NCBI GenBank assembly: GCA_965235115.1
Contig: OZ249436.1
Span: forward strand, 54,810,001-54,874,000
Direction of reading: 5' to 3'
DNA length: 64,000 nt
Origin: Laetmonice hystrix
Lineage: Eukaryota
Both the position numbers and the translations under genes were made by a program. The notes under the pieces were generated by a model, which had not been told where the DNA came from, did no database searches, and worked only from the letters and a program-made list of their open reading frames with translations. Shown in pieces: positions 39,478 to 52,743 of the stretch. Within the stretch, counting starts at the first letter, position 1. Every line of letters begins with the position of its first letter.

Positions 39478-41441
39478 ACCCCATGGGCCCCCATATCCAG
39501 TCGCGCGACTCTTTCTGGATAACCGGGTCGTTTTACCACGAAAGCTTGCCTGTTCCCGGATTCGAACCTAGATAGCCGGACTGGTCAGCGAACGCTCTAC
39601 CCACTCCGCCACACCGTCTGCACTACCACCTTCATTTCTCTCGTGTTGATATCGAATGAAACCCTCGCTTCGCTCGGGCTTCATTCGATATCACCCCTCG
39701 ATTTTTTTTTCTCAACCTCCTACCCCAGGAATTCTCGGTTCCCTCGAATTCTTCGGGTAGGAGGTTTCGAATAATAATGAGTTATTTTTTTCTCGCTATC
39801 GCTCGCGGTTGGTAATCCACACTGAAGCCCTTGTTACACTTAGCCGATCTGCACCCGAACTTTGGTGATCGGGCGATCCGGTGGAGTTCGGTTGGTCGAG
39901 CAATGGTCGGGTGATCGGCCCGAACTGTCCCCCGAATTCGGGTGGAGGTCAGGTAGCCATCTGACCAATTCAGAAAATTGTGAATTGGTCGGGCGGTCGG
40001 GCCGAGTTCAGATATTTTTTTTAAACCATCCGCGCAGTATTTCTTAATTACTGCTAGATTGGAAAACTATGGAGAAAAATCGGTCGTATCTTAAAATCGG
40101 CCGTAAATCGATCTGTGTATTTCTGGGCCTTTAGTGCAGCAATGGTCGGGTGATCGGCCCGGACTGTCACCCGAATTCTCAGTCTCATTCGGATCTTATG
40201 CCAGGAATATTCTTACCCGAACTTTCCACCCGACCTTCTCCCGAACTTGTCGTTAGGGTGAAAATTATATAGTGTAGACCATTTGCATTGTCGGTTGAAA
40301 AGTTCGGGTGGAGTTCGCCGAGGAAAATTCTCACCCGAACTTTCCACCCGATCTTCGTCCGAACTTTCGGGTGAAGATCGGTCGGTCGGTCGGGTGAAAA
40401 AGTGTAGACCGTCCTGTCACCGCAGGACTTGCTCCCGACGGCCCATTTTGTCAGTGCCGGTGTACAGAGTTTCAAGTCCCCCCATTCAGAATATACCCCT
40501 CCTCCATGTTTAACCTAGGTTCAAATGACCCCCTCCAGTTCCTAATGACAAAATAACCATTAACTTATCCTTACCCTAACGCAGACCCTGTAACTCGAGG
40601 TGACTGTAGGGAGTAATTTGAACAGGTTCAACATAGCGGAGGTATGTTGAAGGGAGTGGTACATCAAACGTGGTACACCGGTGAGTAGCATTATAACTCC
40701 GGGGTAATCATCCGTGACGTACCGGGCAAGGGCTATTTGGAGACCGTGGTCAAGCAAGTGCACTGAGGCGTGGTGATCGTCATCCCAGTCGGTCACTGCA
40801 TGTGTGCAGATCTAGCTTTGTTTTTCCTCGAAATTAGTAGACATTCCCCAATATTCTAGACAATTTTAACGGAAACACGTTCAAACTCTCTTCCTCATGG
40901 TTGTATGTCAGTAACTGTTAGGCCTATTCAACTAGATTTTCAGGGATGGTCGCGGTGTGACACCGAGGTAGCCAATCCCCCTTGACGATAACCAAGCCAT
41001 GGTGGTTATCGCGACAGCTATTCCACGCTCAGAGTTTCTGCTAAAAATTATCGATATTTTCCAAAATTCAAGATAATTTTAACAGAAACAGTTTCAAACT
41101 CTCTCCCCTCTTGTGTGTATGTCAGTTATTCAACTAGATTTTCAGAGATGGTGGCGGTGTAACTCCGAGGTAGCCTACTCATCCCGACGATAACCATCCC
41201 ATGGGGTGGTTATCGCGGCAGCTATTCCACGCTTCGAGTTTTCCATTAAAATTACCCGACATTTCCCAAAATTCTACACAATTATAACAGAAACACTTTC
41301 AGACTATCTTCCCGCGTGGGGTGTATGTAGGTTATTCAACTGGATCCTCGGGGTGGTCGCGGTGATAACGATTCTCGCTGTCGCTCGAATCGGTTATCAC
41401 CTGCGACCACCCCTCAGACCCGTTGAATAACCTATACATAC
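39478..41441. mobile_element. Second, nearly identical copy of the 1964-bp element at the same position in a satellite unit
   Basis: Offset exactly 10235 bp from the first copy, same ATAC junctions; only one substitution noticed by eye (ccggtgta vs ccggggta). Confidence 0.9.
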
Positions 41442-44400
41442 CTGGCCGGGCTGGCATGCACTTGTGGCTCTTAGGCGAGAGACAGGTTAATGCAATGATA
41501 AGCGAAAAATGGCTACATTTTTGATACGTCAAATTGAAACTACGCTCCAAAAATTATGATTCTTAGGCCAGATGTATAACTCTCAAACCTATACATCTCG
41601 TACGTTCGCTACAGATAAATGGTTGTGATATTTATACTTCTTCTTTGAGTATCTTCTCCAAATTTTAACATTAGATGCTCCTCGCCTGTACCTTTCATCT
41701 CCACTACCTCGCTGTACTGTTAGCATGGATACTATAATGGGCCAGTGGGTAAGATGTAGGGACTCCTCACTCTACTGGTTGGCCTCCCACACTGCTTAGC
41801 CTCACAGTATACTGTCTCGCCTCACTGTACTGTTTGGCCTCACTGTAGTGTTTGCTTGGGTACCAGGCCAGCCAGTAGGGATTCCTCACTTTACTGTTGG
41901 GCCTCCCTGTACTCTTTGGCCTCACTATACAACAGTAGCCAGTGGTATAGGGACGCCACAGGTTTCATGTTTCCATGCCTTTATTGTCCAGGAGGTAGGC
42001 CATACGTTTCCTCTATCTTTTACTCCCATCTCATTTGTGTCCCCTACAGACCATCTGTAAGCGTCGGACAACGTTGTCAGGTAGTCCCAATGGCTGTTTG
42101 CCTTAAAGGTCTATTTAACAATGGCAAATGCCGTTGTACGCCTTTCCTATATCAGATATCCCATCCCTAAGTAAAAAAAAGATTACAGAGATGTTGCAGG
42201 CAACCGCCAGGGTACTGTGGCTCCGACTGCACTGCTACCTTCCGGCTACCGGTGGAATCACCACGTATACCTGGCCGGGCTGGCAGGCACCTGTGGCTCT
42301 TAGGCGAGATACAGGTTAATGCAATGATAAGCGAAAAATGGCTACATTTTTGATACGTCAAATTGAAACTACGCTCCCAAAATTTTGATTCTTACGCCAG
42401 ATGTATAACTCTCAAACGTATACATCTCGTACGTTCGCTACAGATAAATGGTTGTGATATTTATACTTCCTATATGAGTATCTTCTCCAAATTTTAACAT
42501 TCGATGCTCCTAGCCTGTACCTTTCATTTCCACTACCTCGCTGTACTGTTTGCATGGCTACTATAATGGGCCAGTGGGTAAGATGTAGGGACTCCTCACT
42601 CTACTGGTTGGCCTCCCACACTACTTAGCCTCACAGTATACTGTTTGACCTCACTGTACTGTTTGGCCTCACTGTAGTGTTTGCTTGGGTACCAGGCCAG
42701 CCAGTAGGGATTCCTCACTGTACTGTTTGGCCTCCCTGTACTCTTTGGCCTCACTATACAACAGTAGCCAGTAGTATAGGGACGCCACATGTTTCATGTT
42801 TCCATGCCTTTATTGTTCAGGAGGTAGGCCATACGTTTCATCTATCATTTACTCCCATCTCATTTGTGTCCCCTACAGACCATCTGTAAGCGTCGGACAA
42901 CGTTGTCAGGTAGTCCCAATGGCTGTTTGCCTTAAAGGTTTATTTAACAATGGCAAATGCCGTTGAACGCCTTTCCTATATCAGATATCCCATCCCCAAG
43001 TAAAAAAAAGATTACAGAGATGTTGCAGGCAACCGCCAGGGTACTGTGGCTCCGACTGCACTGCTACCTTCCGGCTACCGGTGGAGTCGCCACGTATACC
43101 TGGCCGGGCTGGCAGGCACCTGTGACAAATGCAAAAGCAGAAGGCTGGTAGGTCTATGCGAGAACAGAGCATAGATCTATCATTTATAACTCATCGAAAA
43201 TCCGGAGTTGGGAACCCCTGCCCCCGGATCCACCACGGCTCGGCAGCAACAGACGCAGTGAGTGGCTCCAGGAGGACCCAGGGGGCCGGGCCTCCCTAAG
43301 ATATTTGTTTTTTGTTGTCGTTTTTATGCCTGTATGAAATATATTGAAAAGGTACTTGTCCTCAGATTGGACACTTTGAAAAATCTAGGACCCTGACAGA
43401 AAATTGCCCTGAAACGCCTCCAAGTTATATAATGTTACGTTACGCAGGCATAAAGCACCCATAATCGTGCATAATTTAGGCCTATCTATTAAAACTTCCA
43501 ACATCATTGACTTTTAGTTTTTATTCAGTTGATACGGTGATCGATCTACATAATTAGAGGCCTCGTAATCATCGGCCTTAGGGAAGATATGAGGCCTAAC
43601 GAGGCAAACACTCGTAGAGTCGACGGTCATCATGAGGGATGCCCGGGCATAGAGTCCTACATAACGGTGACGTCACCAAACGATTGATAATATCCCAATC
43701 TAGGAAGGCCCATTGTTTGGACACTCTGCAGTAGGGGTTGGGTCAGGGTAACTTTTTTCGTTTCCTTGGTGACATCACCGTCACCGACCGACATGAACCG
43801 GCGGCTGTCACACAGCTAATCCGACAGATGGCGCGCATCTTCTAACCACATCCACTTTGAATAACGCATAGTTCAGGCCATGCTCTACAGGGGGCGCTTT
43901 CAACTTTGGTCTTCACCTAATTAGATGTACATTACATGGATTACGTTCTGCACGACATGGCCACCATTACCTGGGAGTCGTTCTCCAGACCCGGTAACGA
44001 GCAAGGAATTGATGCAGAATAGTATACCAGGGGGTTTTCTTAATTATTTTAAATATTATTCTAAGTGAAACTACACTCAGTAATTCCTCATTCGGCATAA
44101 AGAACGTCAATGATTAATATCGAAACATCATTACAAACCATACCTCCATCGAACTCCTCTATACATATTGACACAAGATAACCTTTAATATGGCGAGTAC
44201 CCTATACTACACAGAGGGGGCAGTTTTGATACTATATTTATTATGCCTGACAACGTGCCAATTATATTTTACTGGGTGACAGTAATTTACAGTTAACGAC
44301 TAAGGATAGAGCAAAATATTCCTGTTTAACCTTATTACATGTAACATCCTCAAGATACGTTAGGATGAAAATCTGATTATCAAAGGCCGACATACATTCC

Positions 44401-44782
44401 AACGTCTACAATCCTTTATGTATACATATATCCCATTACCACATTTCGTCTATCCACAATATTGCGACAAATCTAGACATTTTATTATAGGCCCCCTAAA
44501 TACTGCATCAGCTATAGCTATATACACACATATTTTGAAACAATGACACCGAATGACATTTGCAGTCCGTCTTGTCCAATTAAAAATGTTAATTAGTGCC
44601 ATCAGCGTAGGGCCCGCAGCTCCAGCTTTTAGTGATCCGATTTTTTGATGATGTCTAAATATAGAAAGTAACAACAGCGACAGGTTTCTTTGACGCAATA
44701 GCTCACTTTTCACACACGAACAACCCACATAATTATTTCCCCACTATCCATAATCAATAATCTAAAATAGGCTCAACGATGT

Positions 44783-47700
44783 CTAAAGCATGGTCTCGTC
44801 TTTGCACGGTTTGCTGAACTGGTCCCTCACGACAAGCACCGTCTCCTCTTGACCTTTGACCTGCAGGCCGATAGCGGGCCCAGCTGCCCTGGTCCAGTTC
44901 TCAATGTCTTCTATAGTATCCGGCAGAGGGCGATTGAGTGTCTCTGGCAGGAGGAGCGCCATGAGCCCGGTGCTGACTGAGACGACGGCGAACACGACTC
45001 CCGGCACCCAGGAGACCCTCTTCCCGATGTAAGCTGAGAACGGGGCCAGCATGGCGGCCAGGCGGCCCGCCACTGACGCCAGACCGAAGCCCGTGTTCCG
45101 CAGGTTGGTTGGGTAGATCTCCGGGGCGTAGAGAACGACTGTTCCGAAGGCGGCGGTCATGGCGAACTTGCCGATCATGGTGAGGGTGATGATGACCGGG
45201 GTGAGGGTGGTACCCCCGGCCGTCTCCTCAGGGATGAAGATGTTGGCGAAGAGCACGATGCCGGCCACCACGTGGAAGGAGCAGAGAGGCCAGCGACGGC
45301 CGAACCTGGAACAGGAGAAAGACTATGAAATTGGCGCTAACATTACTGGAAGAAAGGGTAGTGAAAACAAAAGAGGAACAAAACGAAGGGAATGAGAGAA
45401 ACTGTCTGTGTAAGGAAAAGCAAAGCGTTGTAAAAGTGACATCAGATAGGTCAATAGGTCTATACGGAGATGTCAAAACGGATTGAAAATATAGCTGAGC
45501 CTACGACTTTAACGTAAAATATGCTGAAGTTTAATTTATTATGGAGTCGGCCTAATCGTACTTCTGGAGGACGAAGACCGTCATGAGGTAGGCTGGAGCC
45601 TCCACTGCTCCACTGAGGAAGAAGTTCAGATACTTGTCTCCAGCGAGGATCGAGGTACTCAGGGACAAACCGAAATACACGATACCACTGGCGAACCTGT
45701 AACACAATTCATGACCGGCTTGATAATCAGGTAATCAAATTATAGATACAGTTTCTTTTAGTTTTTTTTGTCCTAAGATCGGCAAAGTAGATAAATGACA
45801 ATCTTGCTGTATTGCTTGCAATTTCCTTATGTCATAATGTCTCTTTATGACTATGGACGTCATACTGCTTTATGCTGCCTGCACGGATGAAACCCCTATT
45901 TAGAAATATCATTCTCAAATCCAATTCTCAATTTTTTACTGCTAACCATAGCGAACACATGATGAAGGCATAGAGTAGCATCTTTCGGGAACGAACTATG
46001 TCCACGCAGTTGTTTCTGGTGTCTATTTCTTCCGATTGAGGGCTACACATGCAGGAGAAGAGACGTCGCAGCCTTTGACGTTTCGGACGCGTTGCTGGCA
46101 ACCCCACGCCACCTATCGTCGAATCGCTGATACGTGTGGCGCCACCTGGGCCCTGGTCAAGTAGACCTCTCACTGGCGTATCGCTGTCAAAGTTTGCGTT
46201 TTCCTCAACCGCATTCAGCTGGACTGCTCCCTGCGCCCGAACCGCGTCATTGTCTGTCCCGCCATACGTCGCGGAGCCGTCAGTTTTTGGCGCTTCTTTT
46301 TTCACGCTCATGACGTCATCTTTGTGCGAAATGACGTCACAATCTCGCCTGAGGATTTTCTCAGGGAAGGGAAAGGAGACCTTGCTGTATTTAGCTGCCG
46401 TTCTCAGGATTTCCTCCGCTTTTTCCACTTTACCATTGGCAGCGAGCCATGGTATCGATTCGGGTAATATCCTGGAAAATAATTATGATGTTATAATTCA
46501 AAAATATAAGCTAAGCCGTTTCATAATATCACCATCACACACTGGGACAGTTTTAGCGCCTATTTGTTTGTTTTGTTTTGTCTTTTAAACTAAATTATTG
46601 ATTATGTGATATATAGTTTATCGTAACCATAAACCGGGCTCTAGAATATTGACATATGGGAGTCCTGACCATATTAACACTATAGTCGCCAGCGGCGGCA
46701 GGCTGATGCAGAGTTGGAGTTGGCGCCAATCGCGGACGAAATAAGCGAGGCCGGCGAGCGCCATCCAGGAGGCGGCCCAGAACAACTCGAGAGCGGTGCC
46801 GGCGAACGTACGCTGGGAGGCCGGGAACAACTCACAGGCCATCACGATACCGGTCAACCCTGCTCCCTGTAAAAAAAACATCAACTCAGGCCATCACGAT
46901 ACCGGTCAACTGTGCTCCCTGTAAAAACATCAACTCACAGGCCATCACGATACCGGTCAACCCTGCTCCCTGTAAAAACATCAACTCACAGGCCATCACG
47001 ATACCGGTCAACTGTGCTCCCTGTAAAAACATCAACTCACAGGCCATCACGATACCGGTCAACCCTGCTCCCTGTAAAAACATCAACTCACAGGCCATCA
47101 CGATACCGGTCAACTGTGCTCCCTTTAAAAACATCAACTCACAGGCCATCACGATACCGGTCAACTGTGCTCCCTGTAAAAACATCAACTCGCAGGCCAT
47201 CACGATAGAGGTCAACCCTGCTCCCTGTAAAAACATCAACTCGCAGGCCATCACAAAACCAGGCAGCCCTGCTCCCTTTAATAACTCACAACAACTCACA
47301 GGCCACCACGATACCAGTCAGCCCTGCAACGACTCACAGGGCATCAAAATTCAGTGTACCAGTCAACCTATTCTTCCTCCAGTTTAACATATTCCCACAA
47401 CAAAGCATCCAATGTCAGGATTCTACGGAGCTTCTAAGGGGACATTTAGGTAGGGGGAATTATGTTATTTCATTCCCACGAAATGATTTCGAGGTAACGA
47501 AATAACATAATTTGTTACCTCGAAATGAAATAACATTTCGTTCCCATGAAATAATTTTGGAGGTAACTCATTTCCAGAGAACGAAATACGTTATTTTCTT
47601 CCCACAAAATGATTTCGAGGCAATGAAATAACATTTCGTTCCCTCAAAATGATTTCGTGGGAACGAAATAATGTATAACTTCTTTTACACTCATGTCCCC

Positions 47701-50700
47701 TTAGGGGCTCCGTAGAATTCCTCCAGATTTAAAAATCTCCTTATGGTCTATTTTCACCAAGTCCACCTCTAGATGTATAAAATTCACATTACCTCTCTGA
47801 CGGCTCCCAGGAAGAACCTGAGTATTATGAAGGTTGAATAGTTTGGGGCCATGGCGACGCCGACCCCCAGGGCGATCATAGCCCACTGACAGCCGAGGTG
47901 GACCGGTTTACGGCCAATCTTGTCGGCTAGGGTTGTGAACAAGATCGCTCCGACCATAACGCCGAACGCAAACAACGATTGAGAAGTTTCAACCAAGTAG
48001 TTCCGGTCGCACACTAAATCCCACTAGAAATTCAAAAATAGAAAATAAATGAATGTGAGGTTTGATACTATCAACAGCCGAGCCGAGCAACAACAGGATA
48101 GCCGAGAAATCACGAGACTAAATGTATCTGTTTGAGGACCACGATGTTTATAGCGATCATTCTACACTGTCTTTTGAAAGACAGGCGTGTTTTTAGCATC
48201 ATTCACCGCGGTCGTCAAAGACCCAACCAGCAGCTATACCGCAGTCGTGCTAACGTCATCGGCCGTGGGACCTCATTTAGATGTAGGCTAACCTAGTTAC
48301 ATTTTTGGGGTAGTAGTATAGGCTAAAAGGGGATCAATAATTATTGTTTCAAATGTGATCTTCTCAGATTATTGAATGAGTATATTATTGCCTACTGTGC
48401 ATGCTTAGCTTCTTACGCCAAGAAACCAGTAGTTTTGATAATTTTACCTCGGTGACGATTGTAGACTTGAATTCTGGCTTGTAGTACCAACCCTCCTGTC
48501 CACACGGGACAGTGACGTTATTCTCAGAACCATTGACGTAACGTCGACAATTGGAATAGCGGAGTTTGCCTCGGATTATTTCCCGTGGGATACTTTCGTT
48601 AACCAGCGATCGAGGGGGAACTAGACAGTGGTGATCCGGCTCCCATCCTGAACGGCAACATACCAAAGAAACATATCATTATCACCATGTTAATATTTTG
48701 GTATTTTCAATCACACAGAAATCGCAAGAACAATTTCTGATATTACGAGGCCTAGACCAGAAATTTAATTGGATAGAATATATAGTGAAACCAGCCACGT
48801 GTCCACCCCACCCCACCTTTTTTTGACGCACGCCTTCGGCGCTCCTGATGTGGGGCTTTGGCCGCCACATCGTCGACCCCCCCCCCCCCCCATAGGCATC
48901 TGCGCAGCCTGACCGTTTTGGTGATTCTAATTAAGTGTACTATAAAGGTAATAAAATTTCGGTCTTTGAAGGGAATTGATACAATAGCGATCATAGCAGT
49001 ACGCTTTATAATGAAAGTCTGCAGGCAGAAGTATCGATATCTGTACAGCTGAATAAAAATCCGTTAAAATCCGACACCAAAATTTAGAAAGAAAAGCAGC
49101 AAGACTGAAGACTGGTAGTTGATAGTCGCAAGAAGTTGATTTTTGTAATGTTTTGTTTCATTTTTTGTAGAGGGTCTCTAATATTGGGAAGCATGGCCCC
49201 GCTAGCCCCCCCCCCCCCCCCGGCCTGTCCCGACACCTCTGCAAGTAAACTGACTTCACACTCGCAGCCCACTAACCCCGTCATGAAGACCCTCGACGTA
49301 ATGTTGCAATCGCTGCCTGGTCAGTCTACCACAAATTAGTCCCCTAAAAATCTCAAAGCAGCTATATCATGACGCTTGACTTGCGGATAGATGGAGAGCT
49401 ATTTAGACTTATCAAACCGTGCTCATTTTTACACACTCTTGTTGAATTAGTGCGGACGCACGTAATAGACCCCTAATAGAAGATCGAAGTGCCTCCGCCG
49501 CGCCCCCTAGTGTTAGCAGAGAGCTGTCTCGGTCGGCACTCTGCGCTGATCACTTCCCATTTAGATGTTCCGAGTCACTTAACACTCACCGGTGGCCTGG
49601 AGGCGATCAGGGCTGAAAACTACGATGGACCATAAGTACCTCTCGGATAGAACAACTCTGTGACTGCACTACCTTGGATTACCGCATGTGTTTGCCCCTA
49701 TTGCCCACCTATTCCAAAGTTAAGTACGGTGAATCAAGAACATACTCTGCATTAATGGGTTGTCATGGGAACCTCCAAAGCGCCTCCACGCCAGTAAAGT
49801 GGGTTCATAATCAATACCACTTTCCTCTTTCTTCTGCAACATTCGTAAGTTCCTTATTTTTGGATAAGGAAGTTAGGATTAGAGTTGTATTTTTTTCACA
49901 AAAAGAAGGTAGGTCAGTTTTTTGCCTCTTTAAAGTTCGGTTTTTGTTGCTTATAAAGCAATTTAAAGCCATTCAGCAATTCAAATAAGAAAAAGATCAC
50001 CTCCTATACCCAGCTAAGAAATCTACGTTGTTTTGGTTTAGAATCAACGGTGTCCGAAGGTGTACTAAACGTTTGCATCTAACCTAGATAGAGGTTGAAA
50101 GTGTGGACTCGAAACAACGTAAACCCAACGTTTCTGTAAAACGTTGATATTAAGTCGAGCTTCTACGCTGTATCTACGTCAGTCTCAACGTTAACTCTAC
50201 TTTCATGTAGTATCTGCCTAGGCCAGCAACGTCAATCAAACAACCCTCACATCAACGTTTGATAGAACGCATATAACGTTAGTTCCACGTTGAAGCTATG
50301 CTCTTATAATTGGTTATTATAACCAAGAAATGTAATTGCGAAAGGCAAACATCTAGCTTGTTAGTTCAGATTTCTACGCTACAGGCCCGAAGATTTTAGA
50401 CAGGTCCAATCATAGAAAATTAAAACCTCTGCAGCATTAGAGGCTATTCCTTAAGATAATGTCGACTGCTTTTACAAAGAAGTTAATATTATGTTCTCTA
50501 GCCTCCAAAGACGGTGTTTCCATGAGTAATGTTGACAAATCACACTTCATAATTATGCCCCTGTTTGACATTCCACTCTACTCACCATCACAAAGACTGT
50601 ATTCATATTATTGTTAATTTATGCCCACGGTTGCATTAGCGGGCTCTCGCAGGTATATTATGACAGTTTTCGGTATAGACAAAGAAAGGGGAAGGTAAGA

Positions 50701-52743
50701 GTCAACTCGTGACCATAATGATGTTCTGGTTATCGAGTACCCAATCACAACGGTTGTGAATCACCGTACACATTAAATTGTACACGTTGATTTATCCTCT
50801 TCCTTATAGTTTCGTTGATCAACGTTTACACTTATGGTGATTTTGGCTTCCCCAACTTTTCGATTCCCCACACGAGGAATTTCTAGGTCTTTCGAGGTCA
50901 AAATTTCCTACAAGATGATGTGCAGATTGTTGGGATAGTGTGAATATTAAGGAAACCACAGCCTTTCAAACTACATGGTATTTGGTACGAACAACCGGCC
51001 CACTGATGGTTACTCAACCCTATAAAGTCTTATCGAAACATGTGTGTCGGTGTTACTTTACTTATACGTTTTGATGGAGGTATTAAAGGGGCTCATTTAG
51101 ATGTACCAAATTGCCGAATTCAGACATATATTTATCCTGCATGTGTCCCAGGGTGATCACTAAGTACTTAACAAATTTGTGGCATTCCAATTCGTATGTA
51201 GTGAGTCTAAATTTATTCCACCAAACGCATAGCTAATGAGGTTCTAGGTCAGGGCACTCGTGTCTCTTCTGAGTGCCAGCGTCTGGCACCGCTCCGTATA
51301 CAACTACATCGAGTGGCAAATGGACACGACCATTCAACTTCAAAGATCGTCGCTTCTACGTCACTACGGTAGTATTTCAATAGGTTTTAATGTGTCTAAA
51401 CTACCTAGACACAATCAATACCCTTTGGAAAAACTACTTTTGTGGGATTAGACTAAATAACCCCCTTTAACTAGAAGAGAGTTGAAGCTGCCTAAAGAAT
51501 GAACTTCCCACATTTGAAATAATAATTGAATATTAATCTGAACCACTGCATGTTGGTGTTGTCCCTACTGATTGCATACTATGCATGAAGGCCATCTGAC
51601 TTTTTCAACCTATCAACGTCAAAGTAACAGTGCCTACCAACACTAAGTAGGCGGTCCTATTCATTTCATACCGTTCTATATTTGCAGGCCGGTCGGTCAC
51701 ATGAGATCAATGCCCCCATGTTTGCGAGGCATAACTTTGTGTAAACGAAAAAACGTTTCACTGCATTTCTTTTCACTTTGAGTATTCCATCCCCAAAGGT
51801 CAGTATCCACAGAAACACAACCGACCCGGCTACCGCACTGTGCCCCGACTTAATAACCTCTACCCTGGTCTGTTGACCTAACCGCAGACAAGGGTGACAG
51901 TTTCCCGTTTAAGCAATGCTTTGTCCAATCCTATTTCCAAGTGAAAAGCAATTTCCTGCTGCTGCCTCACGTCGATGGCGAGCGTCAATTGTATCGGGAG
52001 ACTAGTGTGCATAAACGAGCCTTATCACCACTCAACAAACCTTTCATAAGCAAATTTAGGAGGGTGATAACTTTCAGCTTCTTGATATATGGATTTTGGT
52101 ATCGGTCCAACTTCTAAACGTTATTCTTAGCCTGCACACCCCGATTACTTTGAATAGGAAGCCGACACTCTTCTTGATAGAAACATACATGTTACCTTTT
52201 GATAGCGAAAACATTGCACTTCCGGAAACCCACCCAAGATGAATGTCAGGCCAAGGAATGCAGTTTGGTGGTGCAAGTAATTATAACTCAAGCCCTCATT
52301 AGTGAAATAGCATTTAACTGCACAACACGTTTGATATATGAAGCCTGATTAGTAGACACTTCTGAATCACATACTACTTATTTACATGTAAATGTTGGTG
52401 ACAAAACTACGTAATATTATTAGGCCTATGTCTATGCAATCCTTCTTATAAGATTTCTTATAAATGACAAATATATCGTTATATTTATCAAAGCTTTACT
52501 TTTTAAGGCGAAGCTAACGAATTGTGGAGACGTTACCATTTATACCCCCTCCCAAAAATTAGACCCCCTCGTAAACGTCATCAATCTAGAGGTATGAAGC
52601 CGTCAAATGGAAATACCTGTAAAGACGATCACCATCATGTGCCAGCAACCAGAGACCGTGACACTGAGGCAAACCAATGAGTACGTAAACATCTGCCAAC
52701 GACCAAACTTGCCGAGGTGGCCCAGTGCTTCGTCCACGTCCAT
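44783..52743 (-). CDS. SLC22 family organic cation transporter-like MFS protein; coding exons 52743-52617, 48647-48448, 48023-47793, 46866-46670, 46471-45947, 45696-45562, 45305-44783 (1938 nt, 645 aa)
   Basis: SLC22 motifs LGKFGRWQ, HHC, STIVTE|WDLVC, ADKIGRK, ELFPASQR, PESIPWL, FGRR, EIYPTNLRNTG and LLPETLN. All six introns are GT-AG and phase-consistent. Confidence 0.93.
46828..47345 (-). repeat. 51-bp tandem repeat (~9 copies plus degenerate ones) duplicating the intron 3 / exon 4 boundary of the SLC22 gene
   Basis: Unit on -: TTTTTACAG|GGAGCAGGGTTGACCGGTATCGTGATGGCCT GTGAGT TGATG. The ORF track shows (MFLQGAxLTGIVMACEL)n. Confidence 0.95.
47420..47718. mobile_element. MITE with ~26-bp TIRs and internal aacgaaat repeats
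   Basis: attctacggagcttctaaggggacat / atgtccccttaggggctccgtagaat. Confidence 0.75.

Larger units (their letters stand above)
26027..43124. repeat. Satellite array of ~826-831-bp units (16 units plus a partial one), interrupted twice by a 1964-bp insertion
   Basis: The unit marker accgccagggtactgtggc starts at 26027, 26693, 27522, 28350, 29175, 31968, 32798, 33624, 34455, 35281, 36111, 36937, 37766, 38592, 39410, 42203 and 43032. The first unit has a ~160-bp internal deletion. Confidence 0.98.

Noticed and set aside
26027..43124. Repeated short ORFs in the satellite, including an EGF-like-looking CCRQPPGYCGSDC
   Set aside because: Frames shift between units because of the variable A-run and indels, there is no good acceptor upstream, and the full EGF cysteine spacing is missing.
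26027..43124. CRISPR-like array, rDNA/5S/snRNA tandem cluster or hammerhead retrozyme
   Set aside because: No unique spacers; no 5S, U1 or U6 sequence and no CTGANGA...GAAA hammerhead core recognised in the unit.
46886..47299. 137-aa repeat protein ORF
   Set aside because: A by-product of the intronic 51-bp duplication of the exon 4 boundary.
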